Positions 57,864 to 64,000 of a DNA stretch of 64,000 bases are shown piece by piece (position 1 is the stretch's first letter; each line of letters starts with the position of its first letter). Where the stretch lies: NCBI RefSeq assembly GCF_009914755.1, contig NC_060928.1; one strand, given 5' to 3'. The notes under the pieces were generated by a model that made no database searches, was not told the origin of the DNA, and saw only the letters and a program-made list of their open reading frames with translations. Origin of the DNA: the human T2T-CHM13v2.0 reference genome, Homo sapiens. A program made the translations under genes and the position numbers.

Positions 57864-58619
57864 CAAGAGGTATTTAAAGCTGTACAATTATGCAGGTATG
57901 TTTTAAAAATTTTGATGAATGTGATCTTGTACTAACTTTTTTTCAGTAAGGTTACTATTTTTATAATCAAGAAAAAATGGGTTACGAGGGAAAAAAGTCA
58001 AAAATAACTTACAAGTCAAACAAGTTACTGTAATTTGCTGATTTTTACAGAATCTAGGCATTTCCTTGCTCTTATGTTTTCCCAAGAAGTGATTTAGATA
58101 ATGAGTTACTTTCTTGACTCTGAGCTAATGGTGGAGCATGGCTTCAAAAGCTCTGATTATGAGAACCTGTTTTCTTTTTCACTATGAACATAAAGCACCA
58201 ATATCTGTGCACTAAAAAATTACTCAGTTTATTTAAGTTTAAGTGGCTTCTTCATTTTAGAATTCAATATGATGAGTTAGCAGCAATGCCTTTTAGACTA
58301 AGATTTATGCTCAGAAGTAAGTTTGGCACTTAAAAAAAAAACGATTCACATTTTCAAGTCAGTAGAGTAATTCTAAAAATGAATATAAAAACTACCAGCC
58401 TATAAATAAAAATCAATTTCTGAATTCTCATATTAAAGCATGTATAAGTAAATAAAATATGTTAAAAATATCTAGCATCTTACCAATTAAGACACTTTGA
58501 AAACCAAATTTTAGCTATTTTATTCCCTTCTTTGCAGTTAACTTGAAATTGATAAAAAACGTTACCTGGGATCAGACAAAATATATTTTCTAAAGTATTT
58601 GGAAAATGATCACAACAAG

Positions 58620-58915
58620 CTACAGCTATAGCTACATAATGGAATACTAAGTGGTGGTTAAAAATAATAATGTATGTTTATATGCATCTACATGAAAAGA
58701 TATCTATAACATTTTGAGCAAAGAAAAGATCACAAGAATATATATAGTACCATCTTACTTTTCTAAATGAATGTATTTTTATATTTTTACTTGTGTATTC
58801 TTGTTTGCAAGAGCAGTCACTAAAATATTAATTGTGAATAGACTGGGCAATAGAATTGGTTTTAGGGAATTTAAATTTTTTTTTATCCTTTTCTGTATTT
58901 GGTTGATGTAGTGTT
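58620..58915 (+). mobile_element. L1ME-like 3' fragment
   Basis: acataatggaatacta...aacattttgagcaaagaaaag...tatagtaccat. Confidence 0.55.
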
Positions 58916-59879
58916 TTTAAATGTCCAAAAAGTGACAAGGTTTATCCAAAAAATTGAGGTTTAAGTAAACAAACTTCAAATCATCATCATTAAGAAATAA
59001 AAAGAGGTCACCCTTCTTCAAGAGAGCATCCCGCTGCAGAGGCAGCATTGTCTTTACAACCCCAAATCTTAGGCATCGACCGGGAAATATATGCTTGCTG
59101 TTTCTACTCTTCTCATTTCAACATAAATGTGACCCCTACAATATTATACTAAGCCAACATTTTAGGGGAGCTTCTGTGGACAATTACTTAGAAAGTACCT
59201 GGAAATACGTACTAATGGGATTCTCTCAATTCTCCAATCTACCAGACAGTAAAGCTCATAATGTAAATTAAATCATTGTAATTAATATTGAGAAGACAAA
59301 CATCTCTTTGCTTTAGTAGGCAAAGCCAGAAGTCTACTATAATGGTTCCACTTAATAGATTACTCCTTCAAATTAAATAATCCATTACGATAGTTCCTTA
59401 CTTTCCTAAACAGCAATAACTTAAAGGGTGCAAATAAAAGAAAGAATTCCAAATATTTTATTTTCCTCTCATCATAGGAAATGCTATTGTGCAGCACTGA
59501 AAATATTTGCATGGCCTAGAAACAAGTACAAGCGGGAGCCATAAGCTATGTGTGTGAATAATCAAAATTATAAGTCAAGTTAGTAAACTGTCCAATAAAA
59601 TATGTTCTGGCACCCTTCCTTGTTATTTAACTCTACATGACAACCTGAAAGTCCATATTTGAATAGAGAAGTTGTGGACTCCTGGGCTGGCAGCCTGTTC
59701 AATGCTCTTTCCATCCCGCTTCAGCTGTGTGAGTGGCCTTGAACATAAGCATGTAGCAATGTTAGGTTGCACTTGTGAGCTCTGTCTGTATCTACAAACA
59801 GCTGCACCTTGACAACTCCTCTGGGCTTGGAATGCATCCACTGGTGGTGCTGTTAGCTTTAGGGAACAGGCCAACACAG

Positions 59880-60299
59880 GCCTTGTATGTGGGTTTGAGA
59901 GTTATTTAAGCAGGGAATTCCAGGGTCTTGGGTACCTGGAGTGTGGTCTTGAGCACTTGCAGGAATTGCCTCAGCGAGAGAGAGCCACCTAGCCCAAGAT
60001 TTCATTCTTCCTTGGCAGTCCACATCCAATGACTGATATAGGTGGGCATGTAAATTCTTGCTAATTTTGTCCCTATGTGGAGCAACACTGATTTAAGCTC
60101 CAGTGCTTCCTTTGTGGTGGGCCAAGGCCGTCATGGAACCTGAATTCCCTTCTATCCAAACTTGCTTTCCTTCCCTTTCTTACACAGTTATTTATCATAA
60201 GGGCTCTCCCTAATAAACCTTCTGCACACTAAGCTCTGTCTCAGAGATTGTTTCCCAGAGAACTCAGCTGCCTGAGTTCTTGCCCAGCAGGGCAAGACA
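59880..60299 (+). mobile_element. LTR16-family ERVL LTR
   Basis: cacatccaatgactga...ctccctaataaaccttctgcacactaagctctgtctcagag...tttcccagagaac. Confidence 0.75.
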
Positions 60300-60364
60300 C
60301 CTGAAAGTGCAGGGCCAGGGCAGGGCCCTTCTTGCTTCTTCCTAGCATTCTATTGAAGCCATTT

Positions 60365-60553
60365 ACCTCATTTTAAATAGCATGCGTAAGAATCACCTGG
60401 TAAGGTGCTTCATTATATGGACACCATGAGCCCACCTCCCAGAGATCCTGATTTATAGGTTTGGAATGCAGCTGAGATATACATAATGAATTTGAACCAA
60501 TATCCCAGATGATTTTGATGCAGGTAGATTCAATTTGAGCAATTTTTCACTGT
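60365..60553. mobile_element. MER5A/B-like fragment
   Basis: agaatcacctgg...cccacctcccagagatcctgatttataggtttgg...cccagatgattttgatgcag. Confidence 0.7.
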
Positions 60554-60799
60554 AGTAAACATACTCTAAATATAGAATATATTAGGATATAAAAGGAGCC
60601 AAGAGCCCTGTTTTTCTGTTTTCCCTCCCTCAAGTCAGGGAGGAACATATTGCTTATTGCTTAATACATGAAGCATATGGAGAAAACATTCAGGGCAGTA
60701 ATTAGCAATGAAAACAAACAAACAAACTTGTCTGCTTCTGCAAGATTGGGGCATTGCCCTTACCACCTGGTTAACATTTGCAACAATTTCCACCCTGAG

Positions 60800-61042
60800 C
60801 CTACTCAATGACTTTCCCTACCTTTTCCTATAGCACTCATCATTCTCTGCTGTTATATCATTCTCTGCTGCTTATTATATTTAATAAGTAAAATTAAATA
60901 TTTTACTTATTTAATTACTATTATTGTCTATCTTCACCACTAGAAGTTAAGCTTCATGAAGGCAAAGATTTATGTATAACTTATTGCTGTATTTTTAGAA
61001 TCAGATGCAGTGTCTCATATACAGGAATGTTCAGTAAATATT
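60800..61042 (+). mobile_element. L2 3' end
   Basis: tagcactcatca...ccactagaagttaagcttcatgaaggcaaag...ttcagtaaatatttggtga. Confidence 0.7.
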
Positions 61043-61374
61043 TGGTGAGAGAATAAATTAATTTAGTTAAAATCATAGTGGATTATGGAAAAGGAACAGT
61101 GGGAATACACTCAACAATTTCCTTCCCCCTCTGAAACACAAGAATTCTTGAAACATCCATCCCCACAGTGAAGAAGGCATTTCAGAGGCAGACATTCCCA
61201 GAACTTTTAAGGATTTGGAAAAGAGCTACACTTCCAGCATTCACACAGATTGTGCAAACAGCAAATAGAAATAGAAATAGAAATAGAAATAGTTAAAGGT
61301 TAAAAAGAAGTATTTGATGAAAATATGTACTTTATTTTACCAACAGAAGAAATTATAGGAGACCAAGCTGTATG

Positions 61375-61418
61375 AGCCTGACACAGGGACAATCATAGCC
61401 TGACACAGGGACAATCAT
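61375..61418. repeat. Perfect 22-bp tandem duplication agcctgacacagggacaatcat
   Basis: Read directly. Confidence 0.95.
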
Positions 61419-62818
61419 TAGAACTGAAGACAAACAGAGAACAAACACATGAACAAAAGAAAGACGATAACAAGAAAGTGCATAGACCCAGAACAGAAAC
61501 AATTGCTTAGTCACTCATGGCTATGGGTTTTATCAACTCCTTAGCAGAGAAAAAAAGGTTTTTTTTTTTAACTCAATTGGTGTATTGTTTTATAATCTGT
61601 TTAACATAGACATATTAAAGTTAGTTATTTCCTAAACTGAATGTGGTTTATTCTGTAGTGTGATTGCAATAATTGTCAATTAATCATTTTACTGTTAAAA
61701 ATAATATCTAGATTGGTCTTGCAGTTTACTTGTGTCCTCACAAATGGAATCTGTTCTAGAATGCATGCCTGGATATGGCCTTCCACTGTTGTAGATGATA
61801 CCCATTTTAAAAAAAGTAAAAAAGAGCAGAGATAATCATGACCTTTTTGAATGGTACTATTAGTATTAATATCATTGTTATTTAATACTTTTGAAAAATG
61901 CTAAGTGATGAATAACTTAAGACAGTCATCCAGTAGAGTGAAGAAAAATACCGGTTGACAAAATCATCAGGGAAAACGTTATCAACTTTCACAAACTAGT
62001 AATAGTAGGACCTAAGTGATTTTATATAAGCATATGAAGTATATATTGCATAAATAGACATTAGTACACATTAGTTTCTAGTTCAATATTAATTTCCTAT
62101 ATATTTTCTAAGTGACATGCAATCTCAATAATTTTTTTTATTGTTTTTCCCCTTACTTCCTTTTAGAATTATGCTGCTTGATTTTGGAAAGAATTGTGTT
62201 CTTATGCTTTGTTTAACTTTTGCTAAATTCTTTCCTAAAGAAATAATGGCCATTATATTACATGTCAAAAGACACGATAATCTTGCCATATTCCTAAAAT
62301 GTTGCTAATTTTGCCAATTGGGCTGTAAAAATTCCATCTTCAAATGACATTGGAATTGATACAAGTAATGAGAAAATTTTGAAGAAAATTAGTTAATTTA
62401 AAACACTCTTTTATTAGTGCTTTCTGTGAGCATTTTTCAGAAAAATGAAAAACTTAAGTATCACTTCATCCAATTAATTTTTGCCATGTCAGTGAAAGAA
62501 TACTCTTTTGAGATTATGAATTTGAAGATGTATGAAATTCAAAATTGTAAGTCCTTTTTGGTAGATTTTCCATTTGCAAATAATTTAAAATTTGTTTCCT
62601 AGGTGACAATTCTTCAAAAAGGAGTTCAGGTTGAAACCTTATTATAGAAACCATGACAGAGACACGGATTTATTACTGCAGGAGAAAAATAGGCTACCCA
62701 ATTTACAAACAGGCTGTAGTTTTCTTCTGAGATTTAGGGATGCACTTGGGCTTTAATATGTTGTTTCAATTGAAATATCTTCTCTATTTCAAGCAGATAG
62801 GTAGGTGACTTTGATAAA

Positions 62819-63858
62819 CAAGCATACCTTGAAGATATTTCAGGCTTGGTTTTAGACCAACACAAAACAAGGGAATATCACAGTAAAAAGGAAGTCACAC
62901 AATTTTTTGTCAGTTTCCCAGTGCATATACAGGTTAGTTTATATACTGCAGTCTTATTAATTGTGCAATAGCATCATGTCTAAAAATGCACATAGCTTAG
63001 TTAAAAATACTGTGTTGCTATAAATCTCTAATGACCATATGAGCCTTCAGTAAGTAGCAATCTTTTTGCTGATGGACAATCTTGCCTCAGTGTTGATGGC
63101 TGCTGACTGATCATGGTGGTGGTTGCTGAAGGTTGATGTGGCTGTAGCAATTTCTTAAAGTAAAATAACAGTGAAGCTTGCCACATCAATGGACACTTTT
63201 GCAAAATATTTCTCTGTAGCACACAATGCTATTTGACAGCATTTGACCCAGAGTAGAACTTCTTTCTAAACGGGAGTCAGCCCTCTCAAACCCTGTTGCT
63301 GCTTTATCAGCTAAGTTTGTGTAATATTCTAAATTCTTTGTTGTCATTTCAACAATGTTCACAGCATCTTCACAAAGAGTAGATTCCATTTTAAGAAACC
63401 ACTTTCTTTGCTCATCCGTAAGAAACAACTTCTCATCCCTTAAAGTTTCATCATGAGATTGCAGCAGTTCAGTCACATCCTCAGGGCCCTCTTATTCTAA
63501 TTCTTTTGCCATTTCTACCACATCTTCAGTTATTTTCTCCACTGAAGTATTGAATATCTCAAAGTTATCTATGAGTGTTGGACTCCCCTTCTTCCAAACT
63601 CCTGGTAACTATGATAATTTGACCTCCTCCCATAAATTACAAATGTTCCTAATTTCATATAGAATGGTGAAACCTTTGCAGAAGATTTTTCAACCTACTT
63701 TGCCCAGATCCATGAGAGAAATCACTATCTCTATAAGCTATAGCCTTATGCAATGTAGTTACTAAATAACAAGGCTTGAAAGTTGAAAAATACTCCTTGA
63801 TCTGTGGACTGCAGAATAGACGTTGTGTTAGCAGACACAAAAACAAAATGAATATCCT
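62819..63858 (-). mobile_element. Tigger1 DNA transposon, 3' part with transposase C-terminal relic
   Basis: TIR-like caagcataccttgaagatatt; ORF 63186-63476 [11 protein letters not shown]...EQRKWFL...[11 protein letters not shown]...[12 protein letters not shown] is Tigger1/TIGD1-like. Confidence 0.9.
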
Positions 63859-63867
63859 GAGCAGTTT

Positions 63868-64000
63868 AGGCCAAAATGTTGGATTATAAGCACGTCATGT
63901 GCACTGCCCTCGTGGAGAGGAAACAAAAGGGTTAGTGAACACTGACGCTGTGGGTCGACCATCTGAGAAACCACATTAGGATCCACAAGGCAGCAAGGGA
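63868..64000 (+). mobile_element. Start of the 5' UTR of an older primate L1 (L1PA13-17/L1PB-like), running off the window
   Basis: ggccaaaatg (decayed YY1 site)...gtggagaggaaacaaaaggg...catctgagaaacc; Tigger1 stops abruptly here. Confidence 0.6.

Noticed and set aside
63186-63476. TIGD1-like gene
   Set aside because: Fragment of a decayed Tigger1 transposase; the rest is disrupted and cut off by an L1

Overview
This is primate (human-like) AT-rich non-coding DNA made almost entirely of transposable-element relics. I found no host protein-coding exon, RNA gene, CRISPR array or prokaryotic system. The ORF track is explained by decayed L1 ORF1/ORF2, a Tigger1 transposase remnant, Alu/LTR pseudo-ORFs and noise. 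Main elements: a minus-strand MER65-like ERV1 provirus (3245-13543) with nested Alus and a solo LTR12; a near-full-length L1PA4/5 (14060-19624); an old L1M with an intact 5' end; MLT2/ERVL; several solo LTRs; Tigger1; and many L2, MIR and MER fragments. Family names come from recalled consensus sequences and need RepeatMasker/Dfam confirmation, and coordinates of old fragments are approximate. Four structures stand out. (1) The provirus 5' LTR is replaced by an 82-bp fold-back of its U5 end, so the element has inverted U5 termini. (2) A 1.48-kb foreign genomic segment carrying older repeats sits inside the provirus between 18-bp direct repeats. (3) An ORF2-less, tail-less L1 has a perfect 17-bp target-site duplication (TSD). 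(4) An intact LTR12 promoter points into an L1 that has lost its own promoter. These are unusual rearrangement products, not a demonstrated new biological system.
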